From Macrostomum lignano (Eukaryota), in assembly GCA_002269645.1 (NCBI GenBank), contig NIVC01000202.1, positions 310,001-374,000 of the forward strand: 64,000 nucleotides of DNA. The letters are read 5' to 3'. Position 1 is the stretch's first letter. Each line of letters begins with the position of its first letter. Position numbers and translations under genes: made by a program. The notes under the pieces were generated by a model, which saw only the letters and a list, made by a program, of their open reading frames with translations, was not told the origin of the DNA and ran no database searches. Below are positions 22,411 to 38,790 of this stretch, piece by piece.

Positions 22411-23293
22411 GCTTATTTGTTGAGCTAGTTTTACCTTTTAATAACTTATTATGGGTATAATATAAAACAAAGCATTGGTTTCCATAACCTTCCAAACACA
22501 AATTAAGATTTGATTGTTTATTAAAATAATTTAGTCAATTTTTGCAATAGGGTTAACGTACATTAGTCGAATCGTGTGCGTACATTAGTCTTGTAGCCAA
22601 ATAGGTTTCTAGGCAAGGGTAAGAGACTATAGTAAAGAAGGCTCTTAATCCTTGGTGGAATCGGCTTATCAAAGATATGCTCGTAAAGGGGTGATGCAAT
22701 GTACAGTAAAGCAAGTACATTGAGGTGAGAGAGGCAGAGGGACAGAAGAGGGATGCAATGTACAGTAAAGCAAGTACATTGGGGTAAGAGAGGCTGAGGG
22801 ACAGAGGAGAGATGCAATGTACAGTAAACCAAGTACATTGGGGTAAGAGGGCAGAGGGATAGAGGGGAGTTCAGTTATTAGAGGAAAATGTACATGGTTT
22901 TATCCAATTGCAGTAAGAGTGTGAGGAGAGGCAATGTTCTCTGTAAAACTAGTTCTCTTTTTCCAACAAGAGTTGTTTTTGAGGTAACAGCCAATCATCA
23001 ATTTTACTTAAACCTCCAATAATCTGCAGGAGAAAGTATAAGAGACACCGACGATCCATGAACAACAGAATTAGGAAGCTATGCTCGGTTTTCTTATAAA
23101 TAATCTGGAGGCCGATAAGGAACGTGTATTTGTCGCATGCACTAGAGAATTGGATTCTTCTAGTACGGATTTTCTCGAGTGAATTGTCTATAGAGAAACT
23201 TCACTAATACAAAACGGTACATTCTGAAAAAAATAATAATATTAAAAATATACACAGTATTATACTACAGTACAGTACAGTTTAAAAATTGAA

Positions 23294-23585
23294 TACACCT
23301 GCCAAAATGAGCAGATGTGCAACCGACAGCTCAGCCGCAGTTATTGCGCGGCGCATCTGAAGGCTGCGTACGGCTGTTCAGTCCAAGGACTGGGGGGTCG
23401 CCACACACAGCCTCAATTACCCCAGCTAATGCTGGCACCCTTTTTACGCTCGTACAGCTGGATTAACTGAAGCAATGCAGAGTTCAGTGTCTTGCTCAAG
23501 GACACAAATTGTTCTGCGTGGGATCGGGAATCGAACCCCCGACCTATTAGTTGTGAGTCCGACACTCCAACCACTAGGCTACAAC
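23294..23585 (-). mobile_element. SINE family 1 (tRNA head plus CORE-like domain), full length
   Basis: The minus strand has A-box TAGCCTAGTGG and B-box GGTTCGATTCC, then tgtgtccttgagcaag..., with the same body as 47960 and 57549. Confidence 0.88.
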
Positions 23586-23714
23586 CCCTTCTAGATAACT
23601 CTCTAAAGCAATTTTTAAGCGCACTTCAAGCGACATTGTCGCACAACCGGCGAGAGGCATTGCTGCCCATTCCGCCGACTCCCCTGAGCAGGCACACAAG
23701 CGCGCGATACGTAC

Positions 23715-23900
23715 GCAGTCATACGCACAGGCACACACTCACACAGGAGTGTACAGCGACCCTAACTTTATTCATCGTTAAGGCATGTACACTTCACTGT
23801 GCCTTGGGGTTGGCCTATAGGGGCTTTAATTGCACGAACAGAGCCAGGCCGAGATTCCAATTTAGCTCTGGGCACATCAGGCTACGGCCCTTCTACTTCA
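23715..23900 (-). mobile_element. SINE family 2 copy
   Basis: The reverse complement ggccaaccccaaggcacag..gtacatgcc..acgat...gctgtacactcctgtgtg matches 25515-25590 and 14005-14070. Confidence 0.6.
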
Positions 23901-24832
23901 AGCTGTCCATGCGAAGGCCATGCAAACTTCTGGACAGATTGGACATGTCTACTGAGCGCAGACAAGTATGCAGACAAGCTGGGTGTTAACCACAAGTCTT
24001 TTAGCCACATACTCGCACACTTTTTTATCGACTTAACTGACGAAACGAATTGATGAGACCTTGATCTCAGTTTCAATTGCTCTCCCTATAATGAATTGGA
24101 CTGTGTACACTTCAGCTACGAGCTTCAGTCCGAGCCAGTCTCTGCACTTCCTCTGAAAATGATTGAATAGCAGCGACAGCCGAACCGCTGGCTCAATCGG
24201 ATAAAAAATCGCGCAATATAAAGGCCAGTTCCACCTACAGAAGGCGCTCTCGACTCTTTTAATTAGCGGGAAGTTCTCCACTTTTTTCAATCTCCTCTTC
24301 CTGCCTCTGGAAAACTCCCACTCACTCGTGTCCCTCACTTCTCTCGCTATCGTCAATCCGTCATCTTTCTTAGCACCAGGATTTCCACCTGGCGACAAGG
24401 CCGGCTCTCTGTCACTCTCGCTTCCCCGATCCCTTTCTCCGCCTAGAAGTGCGCTGGTTCGATTCCGCAGTGGGCTATGCTAATTTGAGATTATAGTGCA
24501 GAAATTCTTCCAACCATAGAAATACTCAACAAGAGCAAACGCTCAAAGTTCGATCTTCCTCTCATTTTTCCTTGTCTCTTCCCTCTTTCCCGATTACCCG
24601 CTAGTGAAGCCCCTCGGCAATTCAAGCGAGAAGGGGGCCGAGAATCTCTCGCATGCAAACCTCTGTTCAAATTAATTTAACCTCTTAAGCAGACAGCTAG
24701 TTTGTGACTTTTGAGTTGCCCTCATTGCTTTCTTGTTATCCAAGGTACTGTGGCGACTGAATCCTATGCATGCTTTATCAATTGATTTCTCGGGATTATT
24801 TTAGCTTTTTATTTTAGTTCGTCAGATTCACA

Positions 24833-25190
24833 AACTGAGTGTGTCAGATTTACAAGCTGAGTGTGTCAGATTTACAAACTGAGTGTGTCAGACTCGCCAA
24901 AGTGAGTGTGTCAGACTCTCAAACTGAGTGTGTCAGACTCACAAGCTGAGTGTGTCAGATTTACAAACTGAGTGTGTCAGACTCGCCAAAGTGAGTGTGT
25001 CAGACTCTCAAACTGAGTGTGTCAGACTCACAAGCTGAGTGTGTCAGACTCACAAACTGAGTGTGTCAGACTCACAAGCTGAGTGTGTCAGATTCACAAA
25101 CTGAGTGTGTCAGACTCACAAACTGAGTGTGTCAGACTCACAAACTGAGTGTGTCAGACGTAGACACCGAGTGTGTCAGACTCGCCAAAG
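24833..25190 (+). repeat. 22-bp minisatellite with an internal hairpin (TGAGT...ACTCA)
   Basis: Unit tgagtgtgtcagactcacaaac, about 16 copies. Confidence 0.92.
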
Positions 25191-25509
25191 TGTGTCAAAT
25201 CCGTTATAGTAGATACATCAGGTGCGGTGAATCAGATTAAGAACAGAGCATAGTATTCACTGGTTAATGCTTTAAAAGCCAAATTGTGTCAAGCAACAGA
25301 CAGTCCGCACACAAGGCTGACTCATTCATCACCGACGGACACTGAGAGCAGCATTCATCATACCTGAGATGTCCCAGTGGGCCAGAGCAAAAACCAGAAG
25401 TCAGCTAGGATCAAAATAGCGATGACAAATGACTCACTTAAACAAGAGAGATGCAGTGCAAATTTGGGAAAAAATTACATTTTACCGATTACCAAAAAAT
25501 CCATGACTC

Positions 25510-25615
25510 GTGAGGGCCAACCCCAAGGCACAGAGAGTGCACATGCCTGACGATTAGAAAGTCAGGGCTGCTGTACATCCTGTGTGAGCGAGTGTATGAC
25601 CGCGTGCCTGAGTAC
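25510..25615 (+). mobile_element. SINE family 2 fragment
   Basis: cacatgcctgacgattagaaagtcagggctgctgtacatcctgtgtgagc is shared with 14015-14065. Confidence 0.6.
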
Positions 25616-25994
25616 AGTATTGGCGGCCTGCGTGTGCTCAGGAGTCTGTGGTTTGAGCAGAATCGCCTCAGGGCCCTCCCGCAATTAATATTATTATCAA
25701 GACAAATGAAGTACTAAGCGCGTTGGATAGAAAGTAGATCCGTAGGATGGATAAAAATAGGTTAGAGAAACGTTTTTGTTCAGAGGAACGATCGAAATTA
25801 AGCGACTTGCGAGATGGTTTAGAGAATGAAATTCCTACCGGGATGAGGCTGCGGCAGCTGGATAAAGGGAAGATTGATGAGTAGAGAGTAAGGGGGGGAG
25901 CTTTTACCAAGGGAAGTGAGGCTGAGAACTGTTCGAACTTTTTTAGCGAAATGAGAGTCACTCAGAACCAGAACTCACTGTGCTGGCTCCCCTC

Positions 25995-26845
25995 CCATTA
26001 ATCCTCTCCCATCTCTCCTCTCTCATCTCTCCTCTCCCATCACTCCTATCCCATCTCTCCTCTCTCATCTCTCCTCCCTTATCTCTCCTCTCTCATCTCT
26101 CCTCTCCCATCACTCCTCTCCCATCACTCCTATCCCATCTCTCCTCTATCATCTCTCCTCCCTTATCTCTCCTCTCCCATCTCTCCTCTCTTATCTATCC
26201 TCTCCCATCTCTCCTCTCCCATCTCTCCTCTCCCATCTCTCCTCTCATATCTATCCTCTATCATCTTTCCTCTCTTATCTCTCCTCTCCAATCTCTCCTC
26301 TCTTATCTCTCCTCTCCCATCTCTCCTCTCCCATCTCTCCTCTCCCATCTCTCCTCTCCCATCTCTCCTCTCCCATCTCTCCTCTCCCATCTCTCCTCTC
26401 CCATATCTCCTCTCCCATCTCTCCTCTCCCATCTCTCCTCTCCCATCTCTCCTCTCCCATCTCTCCTCTCCCATCTCTCCTCTCCCATCTCTCCTCTCCC
26501 ATCTCTCCTCTCCCATCTCTCCTCTCCCATCTCTCCTCTCCCATCTCTCCTCTCCCATCTCTCCTCTCCCATCTCTCCTCTCCCATCTCTCCTCTCCCAT
26601 CTCTCCTCTCCCATCTCTCCTCTCCCATCTCTCCTCTCCCATCTCTCCTCTCCCATCTCTCCTCTCCCATCTCTCCTCTCCCATCTCTCCTCTCCCATCT
26701 CTCCTCTCCCATCTCTCCTCTCCCATCTCTCCTCTCCCATCTCTCCTCTCCCATCTCTCCTCTCCCATCTCTCCTCTCCCATCTCTCCTCTCCCATCTCT
26801 CCTCTCCCATCTCTCCTCTCCCATCTGTCCTCTCTTACCTATCCT
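25995..26845 (+). repeat. 14-bp pyrimidine-rich minisatellite
   Basis: Unit cccatctctcctct. Confidence 0.96.
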
Positions 26846-27689
26846 CTCTATCTGATTCTATAATTGATTCCCTAAAATAGTATCCGCTGCAGATTGCCAG
26901 TTCGTGCAAAAGCAATGATTTTAGAACGCATTAAGGACTTGACAACACTTGGCAGCTCTGGCCACTTTAAATCTTTAAGTTGTATTCCCTAGAAAATTTT
27001 CCCTAAAGTAAGCGGCTTCTCAACTAATCAATCTTCCTGGCTAGTGTCGCTCAAGTTCTTCGCCTTCCTTCGAGCCGCGACTTGTGATTCGATCAGCCGA
27101 GCGCTCGCGCTGTCCCTGCCTCTCAATTTGGGCCACAAAGCGACTCAGCTGGCTAATTTGCAAGTTAAAAGAAGTAAGAAAACGGGGGATAGAAACGCGT
27201 GGAACTGGCGAATCTCCAAGGGAATCCAGCCGAGACATCTGGCATGGAGTATAGCTGAGACTTCTGCCAGACTCAACAGCTGCATTTCGGCTGAGACAGA
27301 GAAAACGCCTTATGTGTCACTTCTTAGTTCAGTCTGTACATTCTTGCAAATATTAAGTCGCTTAGAGCAGCTTAGAGCAGCTTAGAGCAGGTCAACATTT
27401 CGTCTTCTATAGGTCTAAGGAACAGTCCCAAACTCCCTAAATATCTTATGCAATTCTTCCGGCTTGTCTTCCTTCATTTTCCGCTCTCCAACACCACCCC
27501 ACCTACCCTACTACTCTAACCTGCCCCACTTCTCTACCCTATCCCAATCAACCCTACCCTACCCGACTCATCTACCCTACTCCTCTACCCTAACTCACTT
27601 ATCTACTATACCCCACTCCAACCATACCCTACTCCACCCTACCAACCCAAATTCAACCTATCTACTCCACTTCATCCCATCTAACCCAC

Positions 27690-28260
27690 TCCACCCTACC
27701 CCACTCCACACTACCCCACTCCACACTACCCCACTCCACACTACCCCACTCCACACTACCCCACTCCACACTACCCCACTCCACACTACCCCACTCCACA
27801 CTACCCCACTCCACACTACCCCACTCCACACTACCCCACTCCACACTACCCCACTCCACACTACCCCACTCCACACTACCCCACTCCACACTACCCCACT
27901 CCACACTACCCCACTCCACACTACCCCACTCCACACTAACCCACTTCACCCTACCTACCCACTTCATCCTACCTACCCACTTCATCCTACCTACCCCACT
28001 TCATCCTACCTACCCCACTTCATCCTACCTACCCACTTCATCCTACCTACCCCACTCCACCCTACCTACCCACTTCATCCTACCTACCCCACTTCATCCT
28101 ACCTACCCACTTCATCCTACCTACCCCACTTCATCCTACCTACCCCACTTCATCCTACCTACCCCACTTCATCCTACCTACCCCACTTCATCCTACCTAC
28201 CCCGCTCCACCCTACCAAACTCCACGAAACCCGACCTACCCCAATTTACCCTACCCCACT
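27690..28260 (+). repeat. 15-bp array followed by an 18-19-bp array (C/A-rich)
   Basis: ccccactccacacta, about 17 copies, then cccacttcatcctaccta. Confidence 0.93.
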
Positions 28261-28489
28261 CCTCCACGTACCCTTGTTTCTGCATCCATTCACAAGCCCC
28301 TAAAATAGCTGAAATCGAGTTCAGCCCTCGTAAAATCCGAGAGGACTAATCGCAGTTACAACTCGCGCGATAGGCTGAAGCGGCTGATTGGTAGAATCAC
28401 TTGCAACTCCTGCACTTTATAGAGCTCAGCCCGCTGGGATGGGCTCGAGGGGAGTTAGAGATTCAGATTGATCATTCAGTCAGTCAGTC

Positions 28490-28577
28490 ATGAACCAGTT
28501 CCGCGGTCACACAGGCAGCTTTGGAGCAGGCAGCATCCTGGAGGTGCCCATCTCGTTCTTCGAGGACGTGTATCAAG
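28490..28577 (+). CDS. HCN: HCN candidate first exon 1a
   Basis: ATG AAC CAG...MNQFRGHTGSFGAGSILEVPISFFEDVYQ, G|GTAGGA donor. Phase 1 matches the phase-1 acceptor at 46697. Confidence 0.55.
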
Positions 28578-28659
28578 GTAGGAATGAATACCTGCTAACT
28601 GCTTTATTTGGCTTGGCGGGAGCAAAAATGAAGTCAGTGAGAAGTATAGCTGTCAAAAT

Positions 28660-29490
28660 TCAGGATGGGGTTCAGAGACTGATTCAGGAAGGGGTTCAGA
28701 GACTGATTCAGGAAGGGTTCAGAGACTGATTCAGGAAGGGTTCAGAGACTGATTCAGGAAGGGGTTCAGAGACTGATTCAGGAAGGGTTCAGAGACTGAT
28801 TCAGGAAGGGTTCAGAGACTGATTCAGGAAGGGGTTCAGAGACTGATTCAGGAAGGGTTTAGAGACTGATTCAGGAAGGGGTTCAGAGACTGATTCAGGA
28901 AGGGGTTTAGAGACTGATTCAGAAAGGGGTTTAGAGACTGATTCAGGAATGGGTTTAGAGACTGATTCAGGAAGGGGTTTAGAGACTGATTCAGGAATGG
29001 GTTTAGAGACTGATTCAGGAAGGGGTTTAGAGACTGATTCAGGAAGGGGTTTAGAGACTGATTCAGGAAGTGGTTCAGAGACTGATTTAGGAAGGGGTTT
29101 AGAGACTGATTCAGGAAGAGGTTTAGAGACTGATTCAGGAATGGGTTTAGAGACTGATTCAGGAAGGGGTTTAGAGACTGATTCAGGAAGGGGTTTAGAG
29201 ACTGATTCAGGAAGTGGTTCAGAGACTGATTCAGGAAGGGGTTCAGAGACTGATTCAGGAAGGGGTTTAGAGACTGATTCAGGAAGGGGTTTAGAGACTG
29301 ATTCAGGAAGGGGTTTAGAGACTGATTCAGGAAGGGGTTTAGAGACTGATTCAGGAAGTGGTTCAGAGACTGATTCAGGAAGGGGTTTAGAGACTGATTC
29401 AGGAAGGGGTTTAGAGACTGATTCAGGAAGTGGTTCAGAGACTGATTTAGGAAGGGGTTTAGAGACTGATTCAGGAAGGGGTTCAGAGAG
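28660..29490 (+). repeat. 23-24-bp minisatellite
   Basis: Unit gggtttagagactgattcaggaag, about 35 copies. Confidence 0.95.
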
Positions 29491-31734
29491 GGGTTTAGAA
29501 ACGTGTTTCCAAAGCGTTTGGAAGCCGGTTTAGACGCGGAGTTCTAGAATTTTGGAGGATTCTGAAACGGATATTAAAATGAAAAACACACGGACAGGCA
29601 GCAAAGGTGGCACTGAGCTCTCTGTCACGCCTGATGGCGAGCTTTGTCCAGGCTGGCGCTGCAGCTTACAGAAATGGCGGCCCTGGGAACCGAGGATTAG
29701 CCGATCTGGTAATGGGAATCAGAGAGGGGAAGAGAGCGAGGCGATGAGGGGAAAATTCCATCGGATGCGGGAGTGCAGCCAGGCGGCAGCTTCTCAAGCT
29801 CTGCTGTGGAGTAATTTCCCCTAGGAAATGGGAGATAATTCTTGTAATGGCGTTAAAAAGAGTGCTCCACCTCTGATGATGAAGCTGTCCAGCATCTTCA
29901 TCCATCGACTTTGTGCTCGCCTCGCATCATTGCTTCCTCTCATCTCTTCTCCATTTCTGCTGCCGGCTTCTTTGTCTCGGATTCTTGCTTTTAGGCCCGA
30001 GTTTCTTTTAGAAGGACAGAGCTTGGCTTCGCTTGGGGGTGTCGTTAAATCTGAGCGAAAAACTCCGGCCGTTCCACCTCTGGGCCGTCCTTCACCCGCC
30101 CCTGCTCTGCCCAGACAGAAAAGCACTGTTTTGTGCACAAGGCCCAATCACAGATGCTAGAATAGCTGGGCCACTCAGCACATTTGCGTGCAAGCTACTT
30201 TCAGTTCAGTAGTAAGTTAAACTGAAGCATTTCAAATGAAGTTTTTAATGACAAAGGCGTACTTACTTATTGACTCTTACCCCCCAAGCTTAAATGAATG
30301 AGGCCAGCCGCGCACAGAATTGAAGAAGTTTTTTGCACAAAATTCCCAAATGCCTCATCTCCTGCTAATCCGAATTTCATACCAAACAAGCGCAAGTTTT
30401 GTCCAAGATCGATTCACAGTTTTTTTCAAGAAACAGTTTAACAAGCATTTTTTGCCGTTCTGCGATTAAAAACTTGTGTCCGTATCGGTCAAAACGCGTA
30501 TGCCCGTATGCTTGCTCTATTTGTAATTAGGTGGTCCACGAATGATGGACAATTAAATATATAAAATTTATATTTAGGCAGAATTTTGAATCGCTGTCTG
30601 ACCAATTTTTAATGAAATGACGACTAAAATTCCAGAAATAATTTTCCAGATTTTTTAATGCTTGATTGATTTGGAAATTTTAAAGCAATTAACAGCTTTG
30701 AAAGGAAAAAAGAAAAGGTTTTTTCACGGATAACAGACAGCTGATAGGTCTGACCGTAGGTTTGGAGATCGATAGGGGCTGAATAGGGGATTAAAAAGGA
30801 AAGAGGAAAATGGAAAGAGGCGAGGAGACAGCGAGAGAATTGAAGAGGGAGTTGGATTGATCTGAAGAGGGACAGAGACAGAGGAGTAGAGGATAAGGGT
30901 AGAGGGGAGGGAGAGAAGGGTAGAGGGGAGGGAGAGAAGAGTAGAGGGAGGGAGAGAATGGTCGAGGGGAGGGAGAGAATGGTAGAGGGGAGGTAGAGAA
31001 GAGTAGAGGTAGAGGTTAGGGAGATAGTCAAACATCGAGGGAGGTGGGAGAGGCAAGTGTAGAGGGCAAAGTCCAGTTAAAAGCAGCAATAATCCTAGTG
31101 TACATGATGCTATAAAGCGGCTTGAAAATATATTAGACCAGATGGGAGCGAGAGCAGCTCAGGGGAGAACACCCCTAGGCGTAAATCATGGAGTCCGCCC
31201 TCTTGCCGGCCGCTTCTAGGATGGGGAATGGGGATCAAAATCCCATTGGCGGATAGGCTGGGACTCTCATAATTGTATTGTTGGTCTACGGGCCGGCACT
31301 ATGGGCTCCTAATGAAGCCGGAGAGGGTGAGAGACCCGCTAGGCCTAATTATGGCACTTCCGCTTTGCGCTGATGCGGATGCTGTAGGCATTGGCTGTGG
31401 CGTGGGCGAGTGCCCTGGCATAAATTTTAGCCCGGCAAAATTCGGTTGTGGGGGAGAGGTGGGAGGGGTTTCTGGCACCAGAAAATATTTGTGGGACAAG
31501 CGCAGACACGCGCATGAAGTCAAGCTTGAATAAAGATACGAAATTATTGTGGTGTTGCACTGACAATATCGGGCTCTCTGTGGGACTTTGGACGTGTTGA
31601 ATTGATGATGAAATTTTTTCTAGGAAATCTGGGTCGGTTGGATTCTGTCCGTGTCTCTAGGGGGCTGTTAGGCCAGCTAAAAGGGTTAAAATGTATATAT
31701 AGGGGTTCAAGGATCTCTAAAGGGTTGATGAATG

Positions 31735-32420
31735 AGGTGTCTGTACAGGGTTGGTGAGGTGTCTGTACAGGGTTGGTGAGGTGTCTGTACAGCTAGGGTT
31801 GGTGAGATGTCTGTACAGCTAGGGTTGGTGAGGTGTTTGTACAGGGTTGGTGAGGTGTCTGTACAGCTAGGGTTGGTGAGATGTCTGTACAGCTAGGGTT
31901 GGTGAGGTGTTTGTACAGGGTTGGTGAAGTGTCTGTACAGGGTTGGTGAGGTTTCTGTACAGCTAGGGTTGGTGAGATGTCTGTACAGGGTTGGTGAGGT
32001 GTCTGTACAGGGTTGGTGAGGTTTCTGTACAGCTAGGGTTGGTGAGATGTCTGTACAGCTAGGGTTGGTGAGATGTCTGTGCAGCTAGGGTTGGTGAGGT
32101 ATCTGTACAGCTAGGGTTAGTGAGGTGTCTGTACAGCTAGGGTTGGTGAGGTGTCTGTACAGCTAGGGTTAGTGAGGTGTCTGTACAGCTAGGGTTGGTG
32201 AGATGTCTGTACAGCTAGGGTTAGTGAGGTGTCTGTACAGCTAGGGTTGGTGAGATGTCTGTACAGCTAGGGTTAGTGAGGTGTCTGTACAGCTAGGGTT
32301 GGTGAGATGTCTGTACAGCTAGGGTTAGTGAGGTGTCTGTACAGCTAGGGTTGGTGAGATGTCTGTACAGGGTTGGTGAGGTGTCTGTACAGCTAGGGTT
32401 AGTGAGGTGTCTGTACAGGG
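31735..32420 (+). repeat. 21/26-bp minisatellite
   Basis: Unit gtgtctgtacagctagggttggtgag. Confidence 0.93.
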
Positions 32421-32899
32421 TTGCGAAAGTGTCGCTGAAAATACTTAAAGAAAAACCAAAGCAAAACCGATCGCTTCAACTTGCTTTAGGCTGTCCCAAG
32501 CGGCTCTGGTGGTAATTAGAACTTGGCAAAAAAGGTTTGCAGCTATTGAAGCCAACGGTAGTAAAATCGCGTTCTGAGCTGCACCATTAGTTCACCAGTT
32601 AACGCCGTGTCTGTTTTTCGGCCCCTTTCTGTGTATTTTCAGTGCCGAAAATATTAATTTATTACCTCATTTGCAGTTTAGAGAACAAACTGGCACTAAA
32701 AATTCTTTATAAGCAAAGCGTACGGGGTTGCTGAGGTATCGCCTACTAACAGTAGATGAATCAGCGCTTAGAATGCTTTTGATAAGAAATTAAAGAAAAT
32801 AGGCTACTAAAGTGGCTTTTATGCCACTCCTCGCCATCCTGTTCGCCAGCAACTGTATCTGTCTGTTTGTCTTAGTGACTGTCTGTCTGGCTTTCTTAG

Positions 32900-33165
<266 letters not shown>

Positions 33166-34181
33166 TCCGTCCAAAACTCTTGCACTCATGGCAGCAGGCA
33201 AGCAGAAGCCGGCAAAGAGCCAGCCCAGAGTAGGTTAAGTAAAAAGGCGCACTGACCAGCCCATCCGCTAAGCATCTTGGCTTTACCTCCCCTACCCTGA
33301 GCGGCTTCTATTTAGTCCTCATTTGAGCCTCAATTGGAGCACAACAAGATCTGATTTCAATCATAACAATCGCAAATAGACCTCCTTTTAGGGCTTAGGG
33401 AGAGAAACTTCCCCTCTCAAGTTTCCGTCTCAATGAGAAGCGGCTCCTCCTATTGAATTTGGCCTCTTGGCTCTTGCCGCGGGTCAGAGCTGCTAGCCAG
33501 CACCGCTCCAGTCCGATACTCCTGAGCCTCACTCAGGAAATTTCTAATTGCACAGATAGCCGGCAAAAGAAGGCCTGAGCACACTGATCCAATTTACTAG
33601 GGGCTTAAATCAATTGGAACATACAATGGAACTGGAACAATTTCAGCAAAGCAGATGAGAGATGGGAGATGGAAGAGGAGAGATGGGAGGTGAGAGATGA
33701 GAGCCGGAAAAGGAGAGATGGGAGGTGAGAGGTAGGAGTAGAGAGATGGGAGAGGAGAGATCGGAGAGGAGAGATCGGAGAGGAGAGATAGGACAGGAGA
33801 GATAAGAGAGAAGGGATTTAAGAGGACAGAGGAGAGTAGAGACGGAAGAGGAGAGATGGGAGACGGGATAGAATACGGTTTATATGAAATATAGTAGTAA
33901 AATATTAAATTCAGAAAGCAGAAGGCGATTGCGAGCCATGTGCAAAAATGGTTGGTCACAAATTTCAAAAAAAAATTGCTAGATAAAGTAAATTATTAAG
34001 CATGACACAAGAGACACGAGACTAATTTAGGAGTGCCAACCAATTGGCTGTGCCGCATGGTCTGGATTTAAAAAGTGGAGTTATAAAATTTGGAGACTTC
34101 AAAGGCAAAATTATCTTTTTTATGCATAGTACTTATCTATCCAGGTCAGCTGATTTGGTTGAATGGCCTCTATAGACGGAC

Positions 34182-36262
<2,081 letters not shown>

Positions 36263-36726
36263 ATAGGGCTGTATCGGCATCTGCACTGCAGTATTTCATG
36301 CTCCAGAAACTGCATCAAATGTGTCGGACAATTTTTTATTGCGCTAAATATTTCGCCCCACGCTTTTGAGGAATTTGGAAGGATTTACTTGTATAAAAAA
36401 ATTTGCGTTTTCACAGACTCGCGGGCGTTCGGAACGCTACAAATTCGCGAAATTTTGCTTTTCGCGAAGGGTTGCCGCTGTGGGGCTCGTCTAAGCAATT
36501 CTGCGTGTCAGTTTTTGTGGAATATCGTATCCCAATTTAATCTGAATCTGAATCCGAATCTAAATCCGAATCCGAATCGGCATTCCATCTGCAGTAGGAA
36601 CAAGCAGAGCCCATATGCCAGCCAATGACAGCTCAGCCTCAGGCAACTCCCCCTTCGCACGGATACAAAAACAGTTGCCAGGGTCCAGCGGTGCAGTAAG
36701 CAAATCAACGGTTGCAGACCATAAAA

Positions 36727-36907
36727 ATGACAGCTCATACAAAGCTTATTGATGAAGCGCAGAGACTGGATGGTGAGTCTCTCACGGACTTGCTGGATCT
36801 GAGGCTGCACTATCAAATCCAGCAGCAGCAGCAGCAACAGCAACAGCAGCGCCAAAGAAGAGCCCTTCAGAGACTCCGACGTGGGCAGACCATAGCTGAA
36901 TGCGATT
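36727..36907 (+). CDS. HCN: HCN candidate alternative first exon 1b
   Basis: ATG...MTAHTKLIDEAQRLDGESLTDLLDLRLHYQIQQQ..GQTIAECD, T|GTAAGT perfect donor. Phase 1 is compatible with 46697, and the polyQ resembles exon 2. Confidence 0.45.
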
Positions 36908-37199
36908 GTAAGTGACGGCTCAGTCAGACTTCCTGCCTCACCCATATTCTGTTAGTTGCTAAGGGGCCTGTGGAAAGCGTGCCCCCGATTCCGGCCGTAC
37001 AGCTCTGCTTTGTCTCGCTTCCGTGATGCGGTTGTTGGCCCCGTGACTTCATTGTTCACATAGCAATCAAGAGGCAGGAGATAGGTAGTGTGTGTGTCCA
37101 TAGCAAATTTTCCTGTAAAAAGCAAATATTTCAGCATCTTTTACGATGAGGCATCCTAGACAAGTCGAAAGCAAGATTTGAGTAGGCGACATTCAGTTT

Positions 37200-37330
37200 G
37201 AGATTGACTTTCTTATTGTCAGGCAGTGTGTCCTGGGGGCTGGACACAAGCCTCAGGCCAGCATTCGACCCGCGTGTGAAGCCTAAATTGATGTTGCTGC
37301 GATGTGGAATCGAACCCGGAACTTCAGTGG
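37200..37330 (-). mobile_element. SINE family 2-related remnant
   Basis: The minus strand has B-box GGGTTCGATTCC and cacactgcctgacaataagaaagtc. Confidence 0.4.
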
Positions 37331-37411
37331 ATAAATGTAGTGTAGAAATTTTAGATACAGATTCACATTTTGGATTCGAACCAACGTCTGTTCGAAGACA
37401 GAAAAACCATA

Positions 37412-37900
37412 AATCCGAATCCGAATCCGAATCCGATTCCGAATCTGAATTTGAATCCGAATCTGAATCTGAATCTGAATCTGAATCCGAATCTGAATCT
37501 GAATCTGAATCTGAATCCGAATCTGAATCCGAATCAGAATCTGAATCCGAATCTGAATCTGAATCTGAATCCGAATCTAAATCTGAATCCGAATCTGAAT
37601 CCGAATCTAAATCTGAATCTGAATCTGAATCTGAATCTGAATCCGAATCTGAATCCGAATCTAAATCTGAATCCGAATCCGAATCTGAATCCGAATCTAA
37701 ATCTGAATCCGAATCCGAATCCGAATCTGAATCCGAATCTAAATCTGAATCCGAATCTGAATCTGAATCTGAATCTGAATCTGAATCCGAATCTGAATCT
37801 GAATCTGAATCTGAATCTGAATCCGAATCTGAATCTGAATCTGAATCCGAATCCGAATCTAAATCCGAATCTAAATCCAAATTCGAATCCGAATGCATCC
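37412..37900 (+). repeat. (GAATCY)n hexamer array
   Basis: Direct reading. A short copy is at 36535-36580. Confidence 0.96.
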
Positions 37901-38274
37901 GAATCCGAAGGAGAATGGGAGACGGGGATGCAAACGAGGAGTCGAAGATGGCGTCGAGAATCCTCATTAGAGTCCTCTCTCTGCTCCCCACGATTCGGTC
38001 AAAAGCAGAATTGAAACTGCGGGGTTGGCCATCTCATTCAGGGTAAACCTCGTTAATCCTGCTTCTTAAGCCAGCTCATTCAGGTGAAGGACATTGCCTA
38101 ATTTTAAGTATGTCCGTTCTTTGGGTTCACAATGAAAGAGATAAAGAGATTAGTTTGGGATTTGAGCGTAAGGGTCAAGTTCGAATTTAGGGGAAATTCT
38201 GCTTCAAAAGCAACTGGCCGCTATTGAAATTCTGAGTCCGAGCTGATATCGGGCGGCCTCGCTTTGTTATGTAG

Positions 38275-38790
38275 GCTCACAGGGGAGAAGCACAGAGGAG
38301 AAGCACAGGGGAGAAGCACAGGGGAGAAGCACAGGGAGAAGCACAGGGGAGAAGCACAGGGGAGAAGCACAGGGGAGAAGCACAGGGAGAAGCACAGGGG
38401 AGAAGCACAGGGGAGAAGCACAGGGAGAAGCACAGGGGAGAAGCACAGGGAGAAGCACAGGGGAGAAGCACAGCGGAGAAGCACAGGGGAGAAGCACAGG
38501 GGAGAAGCACAGGGGAGAAGCACAGGGAGAAGCACAGGGGAGAAGCACAGGGGAGAAGCACAGGGAGAAGCACAGGGGAGAAGCACAGGGGAGAAGCACA
38601 GGGAGAAGCACAGGGAGAAGCACAGGGAGAAGCACAGGGGAGAAGCACAGGGGAGAAGCACAGGGGAGAAGCACAGGGGAGAAGCACAGGGGAGAAGCAC
38701 AGGGAGAAGCACAGGGGAGAAGCACAGGGGAGAAGCACAGGGGAGAAGCACAGGGGAGAAGCACAGGGGAGAAGCACAGGGGAGAAGCAC
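38275..38790 (+). repeat. 12/13-bp minisatellite
   Basis: Unit ggggagaagcaca. Confidence 0.96.

Noticed and set aside
24033-24398. 121-aa minus-strand ORF (also 27044-27385 and 29552-30160)
   Set aside because: There are no recognisable motifs, exon-like codon bias or splice-phase links.
24833-25190. Hairpin-containing 22-bp repeat that looks CRISPR-like (also the 21-bp triple at 58035-58100)
   Set aside because: The units are directly adjacent with no unique spacers, there are no cas genes, and the context is eukaryotic.
33188-33235. Possible third HCN first exon [15 protein letters not shown]
   Set aside because: The phase fits but the donor (GTTAAG) is weak and nothing else supports it.
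37131-38046. DSDSDS/ESESES ORFs resembling Ser-Asp repeat adhesins
   Set aside because: They come from a (GAATCY)n hexamer array inside an intron, with no signal peptide, anchor or unique domain.
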